NCBI GenBank assembly: GCA_003231955.1
Contig: QIKL01000057.1
Location: 1 to 32,000, forward strand
Origin: Candidatus Uhrbacteria bacterium
GTDB lineage: Bacteria; Patescibacteriota; Patescibacteriia; 2-12-FULL-60-25
DNA: 32,000 nucleotides
Reading direction: 5' to 3'
Below are positions 16,616 to 24,268 of the stretch, in pieces. The notes under the pieces were generated by a model. That model saw only the letters and a list, made by a program, of their open reading frames with translations. It was not told the origin of the DNA and made no database searches. The translations under genes were made by a program, and so were the position numbers. The number at the start of each line of letters is the position of its first letter. Positions within the stretch are counted from its first letter, which is position 1.

Positions 16616-17794
16616 CTAAATAGATCGTTTCTCTATCCTATCGACGATGAGTTCGGCCTCACCATCGCAAAGAACAACACAAACATTCTGTCCATTCTGC
16701 AATCTGCCGACGGAGGTAACGCCACGTCCCGCATCATCTTTGAGGATAGCATACCCGCGCGCCAGAACGGCATTAGGATCAAGGGACGTGAGAAGACGAA
16801 GGTGCGTCTGCAGACGATCGTTAAGTCCCCGGATCCACGACGAAGCCGCTGTTGTGATACGATCGGCCGCGGCTTCGGAATGTACGCGACGTTCCGCAAT
16901 CCACAGCCCAGGCCAAGTTATCGCGCGATCAATAAGTGCATGTTGCTCTTCCAATTGCGCGAAAAAATCTGCCTCGACCGTATTGATTGCGGTCGCGAGT
17001 TCATAGAGGACATCCTTCCGATCTGGCACAAGACGACGCGCACAATCCGTCGGTGTAGACCCACGGACATCCGCTGCTTCTTCGGCGAGCGTGATATCAC
17101 GTTCGTGACCGATTGCAACAAGCGTCGGAATACGAGATCCGCGTACTGCGCGCGCGACGCTCTCGTCATTAAAGGCCATAAGATCTTCCAGCGAACCGCC
17201 GCCGCGCGTCATGACAAGAACATCGTATTCTCCATCCTGTGCCTGTGAAATTGCATCCACAATCTCCGCTGGCGCTCGCTCACCCTGTACGAGTACATGA
17301 TAGAGATCAATCTCCAATCCACCCCAACGTTCACTGAGAATACGAATAACATCACCATAGGCCGCACTTTCACGTGACGCGACGAGTGCAATTCGTGTCG
17401 GAAAGCGCGGAAGCGGCCGTTTGCGATCCGAATCAAAAATCCCTTCCTTTTCAAGACGCACATGGAGCGCAGCCAATGCCTTCTTAATTGCTCCCTCCCC
17501 CGCTGGCTCAATCCGTTCCGCGGAGATAGAAAATTTTCCATATTTAGGATAAATCCGCGGCATGCCAAAGATACGAACACGCATACCATCTTCCACGAGC
17601 ACATGTAAATTCCATATGGGCAAAAAAATATTAAGCAAACCTTTCTCATCCTTTAAGTCAAACGAAACCCATTGCCCCTGCGATACGCGGTACCCCGAAA
17701 CCTCACCCTCAATCGAGAATGACTCACCAGACAATGTCTCTCGGAGGACGCCATTTACGATCTCGATAAATTCAGAGACTTGAAGAGTTTTCAT
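16616..17794 (-). CDS. xseA: Exodeoxyribonuclease VII large subunit
   Basis: 392 aa with an N-terminal OB-fold (FSIEGEVSGYRVSQGQWVSFDLKD) and a catalytic core (IALVASRESAAYGDVIRIL, VLVMTRGGGSLEDLMAFNDE, TLVAIGHERD). Confidence 0.9.
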   Translation of the reverse strand: MKTLQVSEFIEIVNGVLRETLSGESFSIEGEVSGYRVSQGQWVSFDLKDEKGLLNIFLPIWNLHVLVEDGMRVRIFGMPRIYPKYGKFSISAERIEPAGEGAIKKALAALHVRLEKEGIFDSDRKRPLPRFPTRIALVASRESAAYGDVIRILSERWGGLEIDLYHVLVQGERAPAEIVDAISQAQDGEYDVLVMTRGGGSLEDLMAFNDESVARAVRGSRIPTLVAIGHERDITLAEEAADVRGSTPTDCARRLVPDRKDVLYELATAINTVEADFFAQLEEQHALIDRAITWPGLWIAERRVHSEAAADRITTAASSWIRGLNDRLQTHLRLLTSLDPNAVLARGYAILKDDAGRGVTSVGRLQNGQNVCVVLCDGEAELIVDRIEKRSI

Positions 17795-17872
17795 AATCTA
17801 AGCATATTATTCATCATTCTGATGTTCGGCATTGCGATATCTCATCATATTTTTTTTAAAAAACGAAATAAA

Positions 17873-19702
17873 TTATTCAACTGTTACTGATTTGGCGAGA
17901 TTCCTTGGTTTGTCCACATCGAATCCTCGTTTAGTCCCAACATAATAAGCAAAAAGCTGAAGCGGAACAATAGTTAAAAGCGGTTCCAATGATTCAATCG
18001 TTTTTGGTACGAAAAAAATATCATTTGCCAACGATACGATTTCTTTATCACCTTCCGTCGCGATCGCAAAAATCGGTCCTTTTCGTGCTTTGATCTCTTC
18101 AAGATTTGAAAACATCTTTTCTGAAACACTATTCTGGGGAACAATCGCCATCGTCGGAAATTTCTCACTAATCATAGCAATTGGTCCATGCTTCATTTCA
18201 CCAGCACCGTAACCCTCGGCATGAATATATGATATTTCTTTTAATTTAAGAGCGCCTTCAAACGCTACCGGATAATTATATCTTCGCCCAAGAAATAAAA
18301 AATTTTCGCAGTCTTTATACTTTTCTGATAGCATCTCTATCTCCGACGCTTTATCCAAAATAGCTTTTATTTTTTCTGGAATCTTTTCTAGCTCTTGTAA
18401 CAATGCATGATGTAATTGATGGCCATTAGATTCTGACATATAAACAGCCATTAACACTAACATCGTCAATTGAGATATAAAAGCTTTCGTTGAGGCGACA
18501 CCAATTTCTGGCCCAGCGTGATTATAAACCCCCGCATCCGTTTCTCTTGCAATTGTTGAGCCAACAGTGTTCACAATACCAAGTGTTAGCAAGCCGTGTT
18601 TTTTTGTTTTCCGAATCGCAGCCAACGTATCGGCAGTTTCTCCGGATTGCGAAATAGCTATTACTACAGTTCCTTCCTCAAATGGTTCCTCTCGATAACG
18701 AAATTCCGAAGCAAAATGAACCTCTGTCGGTAATTTCGCTATTTCTTCAAAAAGATACTCACCAACCAATCCAGCATGGTAAGAGGTACCACAAGCTAGG
18801 ATTATCAATCTTTTTGCTTCCTTTAGCTTCTCATTAACTTGTTCTAATCCACCTAACTTAACTAGATTTTTTCCGCTTTTAAGCCGCCCCTGTAATGCCG
18901 AAAAAACAATTTTTGGTCCTTCAAAAATCTCTTTAAGCATGAAGTGCGGATAATTTCCTTTCTGTGCCTGCTCTAAATTCCACTCCAATCGCACAATCTC
19001 TGGTGGAGTTTTCTTTTGTTCTAAATTAATTATATCGATTTTACTCCTAGTTATCTCAGCAATTTCTCCATCTTTAATATAAATAACATTTTTACTTTTC
19101 CCGACTAAAGCCGACGGGTCTGAAGCTAAAAAATTTTCATCTGCACCCACTCCAATTACCAATGGACTAGAAAAACTAACAGCATAAAGTGTATCGGGAT
19201 TTTTTACATCAATAATCGCAAAGGCATATGCACCTCTTATCATTTTGAGCGCATCAAATAGAGCGACATTAAAATCTCCATTACTTCTCAAAAAATCCTC
19301 AATAAGATGCGGAACAACTTCAGTATCTGTATCCGAATGAAAAATATGACCTCGATGTTGGAGGTATTCTTTTAACTCTTTGTAGTTTTCAATTATCCCA
19401 TTATGAACAACAAAAATCCGCCCCATACAATCATTATGTGGGTGTGCATTTGTTTCGTTCGGCATCCCGTGTGTAGCCCAACGGGTATGTCCAATACCGA
19501 GATGACCGATTAAATCGGTATCATTTTTAAGCGCATTTTCTAATACCTTAACTTGACCAGCTTTCCTTTTTACTTGAACTTTATCATGAGAAAAAATAGC
19601 AATACCCGCAGAGTCGTACCCACGGTATTCAAGAGCTTTAAGCCCATTGATCAAAAATGGCAAAGATTTTTCTTTACCGATATATCCAACAATTCCACAC
19701 AT
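17873..19702 (-). CDS. glmS: Glutamine--fructose-6-phosphate aminotransferase (isomerising)
   Basis: 609 aa with an MCGIVGY N-terminal nucleophile, two SIS domains and the C-terminal DKPRNLAKSVTVE. Confidence 0.97.
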   Translation of the reverse strand: MCGIVGYIGKEKSLPFLINGLKALEYRGYDSAGIAIFSHDKVQVKRKAGQVKVLENALKNDTDLIGHLGIGHTRWATHGMPNETNAHPHNDCMGRIFVVHNGIIENYKELKEYLQHRGHIFHSDTDTEVVPHLIEDFLRSNGDFNVALFDALKMIRGAYAFAIIDVKNPDTLYAVSFSSPLVIGVGADENFLASDPSALVGKSKNVIYIKDGEIAEITRSKIDIINLEQKKTPPEIVRLEWNLEQAQKGNYPHFMLKEIFEGPKIVFSALQGRLKSGKNLVKLGGLEQVNEKLKEAKRLIILACGTSYHAGLVGEYLFEEIAKLPTEVHFASEFRYREEPFEEGTVVIAISQSGETADTLAAIRKTKKHGLLTLGIVNTVGSTIARETDAGVYNHAGPEIGVASTKAFISQLTMLVLMAVYMSESNGHQLHHALLQELEKIPEKIKAILDKASEIEMLSEKYKDCENFLFLGRRYNYPVAFEGALKLKEISYIHAEGYGAGEMKHGPIAMISEKFPTMAIVPQNSVSEKMFSNLEEIKARKGPIFAIATEGDKEIVSLANDIFFVPKTIESLEPLLTIVPLQLFAYYVGTKRGFDVDKPRNLAKSVTVE

Positions 19703-19815
19703 AAAAAAAGATTAGCAATTTTTTAGCTTAAATTCAATATACTATTCCAGCAACGCAATACTTCAACACCCCACAGTTTCGCGCGAACTTTTATGGGATA
19801 CGCATTCCGATTGGA

Positions 19816-20304
19816 TCAAACGCCAGTTATGAAATGCCGCCTCTGTACTCGGTACTCGCGCCAAATAAGCCATACGACTGCTAGATCAAATATTGTAAGA
19901 CCAAGCATAATAAACGAGTAAGTATAGCTATATTGATATACTTGATACAATATAAAAGAACCAAGAACAATAAGCGCCGTCGGATATACCCAAAGCTTAT
20001 TTTTCAAAAGCCCAATAACCAAAAATACTTTTATAAAACCGTGTGCAAAGAGATACAACGCCACAAATGTACTGCCACTAATCGCGTAATGCTCAGCCGT
20101 ATGAAGCAAAAACGTCGCAATAATATCATGTGGATCTTCAATGAGCTCATGCCGAGTAAGAAGTGTCATAACCCATGTAACAGTTATAGGCGGCGCCAAA
20201 ATCGCAAATGTCCCGCCAATAAGTTCAAGGATAGCGTCCACACCCTTGAGAAACACAGCTATTCTAAAAAAGAAATTAATTTCTTTTTCTTTACGAATTG
20301 ACAT
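19816..20304 (-). CDS. DUF2127 family membrane protein
   Basis: FFFRIAVFLKGVDAILELIGGTFAIL plus 4 TM segments. The start is taken at the ATG (MSIRKE); the track ORF starts at a TTG at 20322. Confidence 0.6.
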   Translation of the reverse strand: MSIRKEKEINFFFRIAVFLKGVDAILELIGGTFAILAPPITVTWVMTLLTRHELIEDPHDIIATFLLHTAEHYAISGSTFVALYLFAHGFIKVFLVIGLLKNKLWVYPTALIVLGSFILYQVYQYSYTYSFIMLGLTIFDLAVVWLIWREYRVQRRHFITGV

Positions 20305-20503
20305 ATATACTAAATATACCAAACCTAGCCCATTCTAGGGCAATAAAAATCTAAGAGAACAAGAGGCTTTTTATCAACAACTCCGCTTAGAGGGTGACAT
20401 AGCTTTGATAAAACAGATACATTCCGGATGTATAGCCGCTGTCCGCAAAGGTTACATCGCCGCCCACCCTGAGCATACAAATAGCAAGAGCCCCACGGAC
20501 ATT

Positions 20504-20944
20504 TTATGACGGAATGACAATGCGCCACAAGTTTAATATCCACCAGAATAAAATTGCCCAACCAATATTGGCGAGGAAGAGATCGACGGGAAACCATGCG
20601 TCCTCACGTACGCCAAAGAGGCCATGACCATCAAGCGGAAGAATCACGCCGCCGACAAATAAAGTCAAAATCACGCTCCAGCCTAAGATTAAAAATAGCC
20701 CATATCCAGAAAAAATCCCAACAACAACCAGCCACCCATAGATCCCGCCAAACCACGCGGAGACGAGAAGATGCGTAAGAATACCTAAGAGATGCATCTC
20801 CCGATGCGTCACTTTACGTCCAAAAATATGCGGATTATCGAGATCCTTAACAAAATTCCCCGCTCCAAAAAGTGGCGCGACATGCGAAAGAAAGAGCACA
20901 ATCGCTCCCGCAAGGACACCGGCAACAGTAGCAGTAAAAATCAT
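20504..20944 (-). CDS. Hypothetical 4-TM membrane protein
   Basis: 146-aa hydrophobic ORF, tightly packed with its neighbours. No family recognised. Confidence 0.6.
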   Translation of the reverse strand: MIFTATVAGVLAGAIVLFLSHVAPLFGAGNFVKDLDNPHIFGRKVTHREMHLLGILTHLLVSAWFGGIYGWLVVVGIFSGYGLFLILGWSVILTLFVGGVILPLDGHGLFGVREDAWFPVDLFLANIGWAILFWWILNLWRIVIPS

Positions 20945-20947
20945 AGA

Positions 20948-21547
20948 TTAATGAGACTGATTCATATTAAAGATAATGGGAATTCTCACCGTATGCAATG
21001 GAGTTCCATCTTTCGACGATGGCTCAAATACTTCCAGTGTCCCACTCGTCGAACGCGGTGCCTGTGTAAATGTTCCTGCATCCGCAGAAAATGACCCAGA
21101 AACCCCAGCATCCGTACTAGAAACATAAACAAAACCTTGCGAAATCGCAAGACCAGTCGTGTCTATCACATGCCAATCAATCCGATGTTCGGATACGGTT
21201 GAAGTACCATAAAACTCAAGCATCGTATTGTAGACGGGCACGCCGTCTTTAATAGCATCACCTCTGACAACGACAGACATCATACCGTCTTTGCTTTTAT
21301 ACTCTCTCGGAGCCGCAATAAGCGATGTGCTTGTTACAACAGTCAACGTCGATGTTGGCGCATAGATTACGACCAATGCAGGAGCACGCGGAGTTGATGT
21401 CGCTTTTTGCACTGGAGGTGGTACAAATGGATGATATATTCGTTCTTGCGTTGTACGGATAAAAAATGCAAGCGTTCCTGCGCCAATAACCAACAAAAGC
21501 ATCATGAGGAACACTTTAGTATTACCCTTCATAGAGTTATGATGCAT
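20948..21547 (-). CDS. Membrane-anchored protein with a Gmad2-like immunoglobulin-like domain
   Basis: N-terminal TM (VFLMMLLLVIGAGTLAFFI). The C-terminus GTLEVFEPSSKDGTPLHTVRIPIIF resembles the Gmad2 end motif (l-x-vf-x-x-SakDGs ... v-x-ipv). Confidence 0.45.
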   Translation of the reverse strand: MHHNSMKGNTKVFLMMLLLVIGAGTLAFFIRTTQERIYHPFVPPPVQKATSTPRAPALVVIYAPTSTLTVVTSTSLIAAPREYKSKDGMMSVVVRGDAIKDGVPVYNTMLEFYGTSTVSEHRIDWHVIDTTGLAISQGFVYVSSTDAGVSGSFSADAGTFTQAPRSTSGTLEVFEPSSKDGTPLHTVRIPIIFNMNQSH

Positions 21548-22400
21548 GAGGAATTATAATAATCATTACTGGTTTTCCATGAAAAAAATCACCGCCATTC
21601 CAATCATGCACGGCATGTATGAAGGCAGTCAGGGTATAAATGACATCCGCGCCATTACGCGCTCCAGGATCATTTATCATAAGCATATTCTTCACATACC
21701 CCTTTACGACGAGCATACGATAAATCGGACTTCCATTACGAAGATTTAAATTTGGCAAAAGCTTTCCATCTATAGGAACAATCACAGGGAATCCGTTGGC
21801 AAGAGCACGCTTAAGCTGAACCACATCAGTCAGCGGAGCAACTACGACCTCATGATATTTGAAGTATCCCTTAATAAACCGTGCAGTCTCATCCGCACCC
21901 GCATCTTTCGAATACCCTGATGAACTATCCTCATATCCCACAATGGCATCAATCGCGCGCGTCGCTTGATCTGACGGAATCGTCCCAGAAATACCGCGGT
22001 AATAAGCATCAACCATAATTGCCGCGGTCTCCTCGCCAGCATCCTGATATGGCTCACCCCAGTCGCCCGTAGGTGCCTGACTCGTAAACGGAACTGCAAG
22101 ATTCACACCTGCTGGGAGTGGTCCATTGTTCGCGAATGGGTCCACCTTTTTAGGTACGGTTATCGGCGAAGAGAGCAGGATATAATGCGTTGACGTAGCC
22201 ACACCGCCCTCGACTGGAGAATTTGTATCGCCCGCCACCTGTACGGACGCACGCGTCGATGAAGCAAAAGGTTTCGCGGCTGGGAACTGCGGACTGTTCC
22301 ACAAAACCCACGCATTATGGATAGCAACGCGATCCATATACCCCACCAAAAATCCCACAACGAGAACAATAATAGCCACAAATAAAAACCGCTTCTTCAT
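21537..22400 (-). CDS. Membrane-anchored peptidase-C39-like domain protein (catalytic residues apparently substituted)
   Basis: N-terminal TM. VPFTSQAPTGDWGEPYQDAGEETAAIMVDAYY and YRMLVVKGYVKNMLMINDPG are collinear with C39_2-type proteins. Confidence 0.5.
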   Translation of the reverse strand: MKKRFLFVAIIVLVVGFLVGYMDRVAIHNAWVLWNSPQFPAAKPFASSTRASVQVAGDTNSPVEGGVATSTHYILLSSPITVPKKVDPFANNGPLPAGVNLAVPFTSQAPTGDWGEPYQDAGEETAAIMVDAYYRGISGTIPSDQATRAIDAIVGYEDSSSGYSKDAGADETARFIKGYFKYHEVVVAPLTDVVQLKRALANGFPVIVPIDGKLLPNLNLRNGSPIYRMLVVKGYVKNMLMINDPGARNGADVIYTLTAFIHAVHDWNGGDFFHGKPVMIIIIPHAS

Positions 22401-22433
22401 GTCATGAATCGTACACGAAAAAGCGGCTTTTTT

Positions 22434-23135
22434 CTACTGGTGATCTTCAACGGTCACTAATGTCATTGTGTCACCGACCTGAATCTTATGTACCACATCC
22501 ATGCCTGAAACCACCCGTCCAAAAATCGAATAACTCGGTGGGAGAGGTGTATCCTTCAACATAATGAAGAATTGTGAGCCATTCGTGTTTGGACCGGCAT
22601 TAGCCATAGCCACAATCCCTTCATTGTACGGCAGATGAACGGGATCATTCTTGAACTCATAGCCAGGTCCTCCAGTCCCATCGCCCTTCGGATCGCCACC
22701 CTGAATCACAAAATCTGGAACGACACGATGGAATGTTAATCCGTCATAAAATTTCTTCTTCGCAAGATACACAAAATTTGACACAGCGTTTGGCCCCTCT
22801 TTAGGAAGTAGCTGAAAAACAATGTCTCCTTTGTTTGTTTTGATATGAACGTACTTCCCTTCCGTCTCGGACGCAGGAAGGATACCAGGAAATGCGAGAT
22901 GTGTTGTGTTAGTCATGGTTGTTGATGATGAATTTGAAGTGGATGAAGTTGACGCCGCCTGATTAGACTCCTGTGTCGTTTTTGCTGGCGATGGAGCTGG
23001 AGCGGATGCTGTTGATGATTGTACTGCGCTCGTTGCGGGCGTAGCAGTGGATGCAGCCGGCGTTTGAATTGTAGGCGCACACCCAGCGCCGAATAACGCG
23101 AGAGCCACAATGACAGGAAAAATTATTTTTTTCAT
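22434..23135 (-). CDS. Cyclophilin-type peptidyl-prolyl cis-trans isomerase, lipoprotein with an S/T/A-rich linker
   Basis: Lipobox LFGAGC. Cyclophilin core FHRVVPDFVIQGGDP...GPGYEFKNDP...GIVAMANAGPNTNGSQFFI. Confidence 0.9.
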   Translation of the reverse strand: MKKIIFPVIVALALFGAGCAPTIQTPAASTATPATSAVQSSTASAPAPSPAKTTQESNQAASTSSTSNSSSTTMTNTTHLAFPGILPASETEGKYVHIKTNKGDIVFQLLPKEGPNAVSNFVYLAKKKFYDGLTFHRVVPDFVIQGGDPKGDGTGGPGYEFKNDPVHLPYNEGIVAMANAGPNTNGSQFFIMLKDTPLPPSYSIFGRVVSGMDVVHKIQVGDTMTLVTVEDHQ

Positions 23136-23186
23136 AGAAATCTATTCTAACAAAATAAACGAATGACGGAAAGTCTTCTCCCCAAT

Positions 23187-24188
23187 CTAGCTTTTACTCT
23201 CTGTTTCCCACGGAAATCCTGGTTCGCCTACGAATCCCCACCGTGTGGCATCAATACCTAAACCGGGACGCCACCATTCGTTCATAATGCGATCAAGAGA
23301 AAGATCAGCTGCTGGGATTTCAGCCGTCAAATTTCGGCCACGATCGTCTCGAGCGCGGATTCGTGCGGGAAATCGTTCACCAGGTTCATAAACACATTGT
23401 ACAAATGCTGCAGATGCGCCGCGAATCACAAGCGATCGTGCCGCCGCGCGCGCGAGCCATGAACCCCCTTTAGCTGGATGGAATGGTTCAACACCAACAC
23501 AACTCGGAATTCCCGGCATATTATCCCCATACATCGCTGTATGCGCGCCAGACGCGCCCATCACACGCGCAATTCCGCGCGCTTCATTGACGCCGAGCGG
23601 ATTCGTTATGACTGTAATCTCAGGTGAAACTGCCTGCACCATGTGCATAACGGCATCACGGACAGCATCCAGATCCTTCGTTCCAGTCTCAATTGCAATC
23701 GTCGCACGCGACGGCATACGTTTATCCGCCACAATAACCACTGCTCCATCCGGTCCGAGCCAATACCATCCTTCATCGCTGATCCGAAGCTCTTCCAGCC
23801 GCTTCGCAATACGGATCGCCAGACTTACCGATACGGGCAAAAAATCATCAGACTCGTTTGTCGCATACCCGATAACACTGACTGGAAGGGCCACACCTTG
23901 ATTAAGCCACGCCGATTGTTCCGGCGTGACGGGTTCAAGCGAAACAAACGGCTCAATATCCTCCATTACGCCCAGCGTTCCAAGGGTACGCAAAATGAGC
24001 GCAGATACATCAAAATCAGCAAAACTTTTCACATCACCAGATATAAAGAGTGCACCGCGTCCGCCAGCGACACTCAGACGAACGCGCGCCGTTGAATCAC
24101 GTCGGAGATATTCATCCACAATTGTCTCAGCCACAATGTCACAAACGGCATCGGGATGACCTGGAAGGCGAACATACGCAGATCTCAT
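23187..24188 (-). CDS. Divergent S-adenosylmethionine-synthetase (MetK)-like protein
   Basis: 333 aa, collinear with MetK. GHPDAVCDIVAETIVD aligns with GHPDKIADQISD; VIGYATNESDDFLPVSVSLAIRIAKRLEELR with MFGYATNET..LMP..AHRL; and the C-terminal GFPWE with FPWE. Several catalytic motifs are not conserved (see findings). Confidence 0.65.
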   Translation of the reverse strand: MRSAYVRLPGHPDAVCDIVAETIVDEYLRRDSTARVRLSVAGGRGALFISGDVKSFADFDVSALILRTLGTLGVMEDIEPFVSLEPVTPEQSAWLNQGVALPVSVIGYATNESDDFLPVSVSLAIRIAKRLEELRISDEGWYWLGPDGAVVIVADKRMPSRATIAIETGTKDLDAVRDAVMHMVQAVSPEITVITNPLGVNEARGIARVMGASGAHTAMYGDNMPGIPSCVGVEPFHPAKGGSWLARAAARSLVIRGASAAFVQCVYEPGERFPARIRARDDRGRNLTAEIPAADLSLDRIMNEWWRPGLGIDATRWGFVGEPGFPWETESKS

Positions 24189-24268
24189 AAGAAATAAAAC
24201 CTACCAGATTTGATGCACCTATTCAAGCGCCGTATCCAAGTAGGATTCGAATAAAAGAATCGTTTCTT

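Noticed and set aside
19703-19815. Possible glmS ribozyme upstream of glmS.
   Set aside because: The spacer is only 113 nt, AT-rich, and shows none of the conserved glmS-ribozyme core sequence or pseudoknot-forming GC segments. I do not call it.
17795-20355. The 8-mer AATCTAAG occurs at both edges of the low-GC block (17795-17802 and 20348-20355), raising the possibility of att-like direct repeats.
   Set aside because: Finding an 8-bp match between two AT-rich spacers is not clearly beyond chance expectation. No integrase or tRNA is nearby.
20325-20597. A 90-aa minus-strand ORF with a Cys-rich tail (CPWGSC…CNLCG) that extends into the 181-nt spacer between the membrane gene and DUF2127, suggesting a zinc-ribbon mini-protein.
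   Set aside because: Its N-terminal third overlaps the 3' end of the 146-aa membrane gene in another frame. There is no in-frame ATG/GTG/TTG start or SD near the Cys-rich part.
22408-22430. The string GAAAAAGCGGCTTTTTTC between the PPIase and C39-like genes, as a possible terminator.
   Set aside because: The stem would be almost entirely A-U with a sterically impossible 1-3 nt loop. The genes are only 33 nt apart and probably co-transcribed.
22913-23060. Apparent repetitive DNA in the PPIase gene.
   Set aside because: It is codon-level low complexity encoding the Ser/Thr/Ala-rich lipoprotein linker. It is not an exact tandem repeat or a CRISPR-like array.
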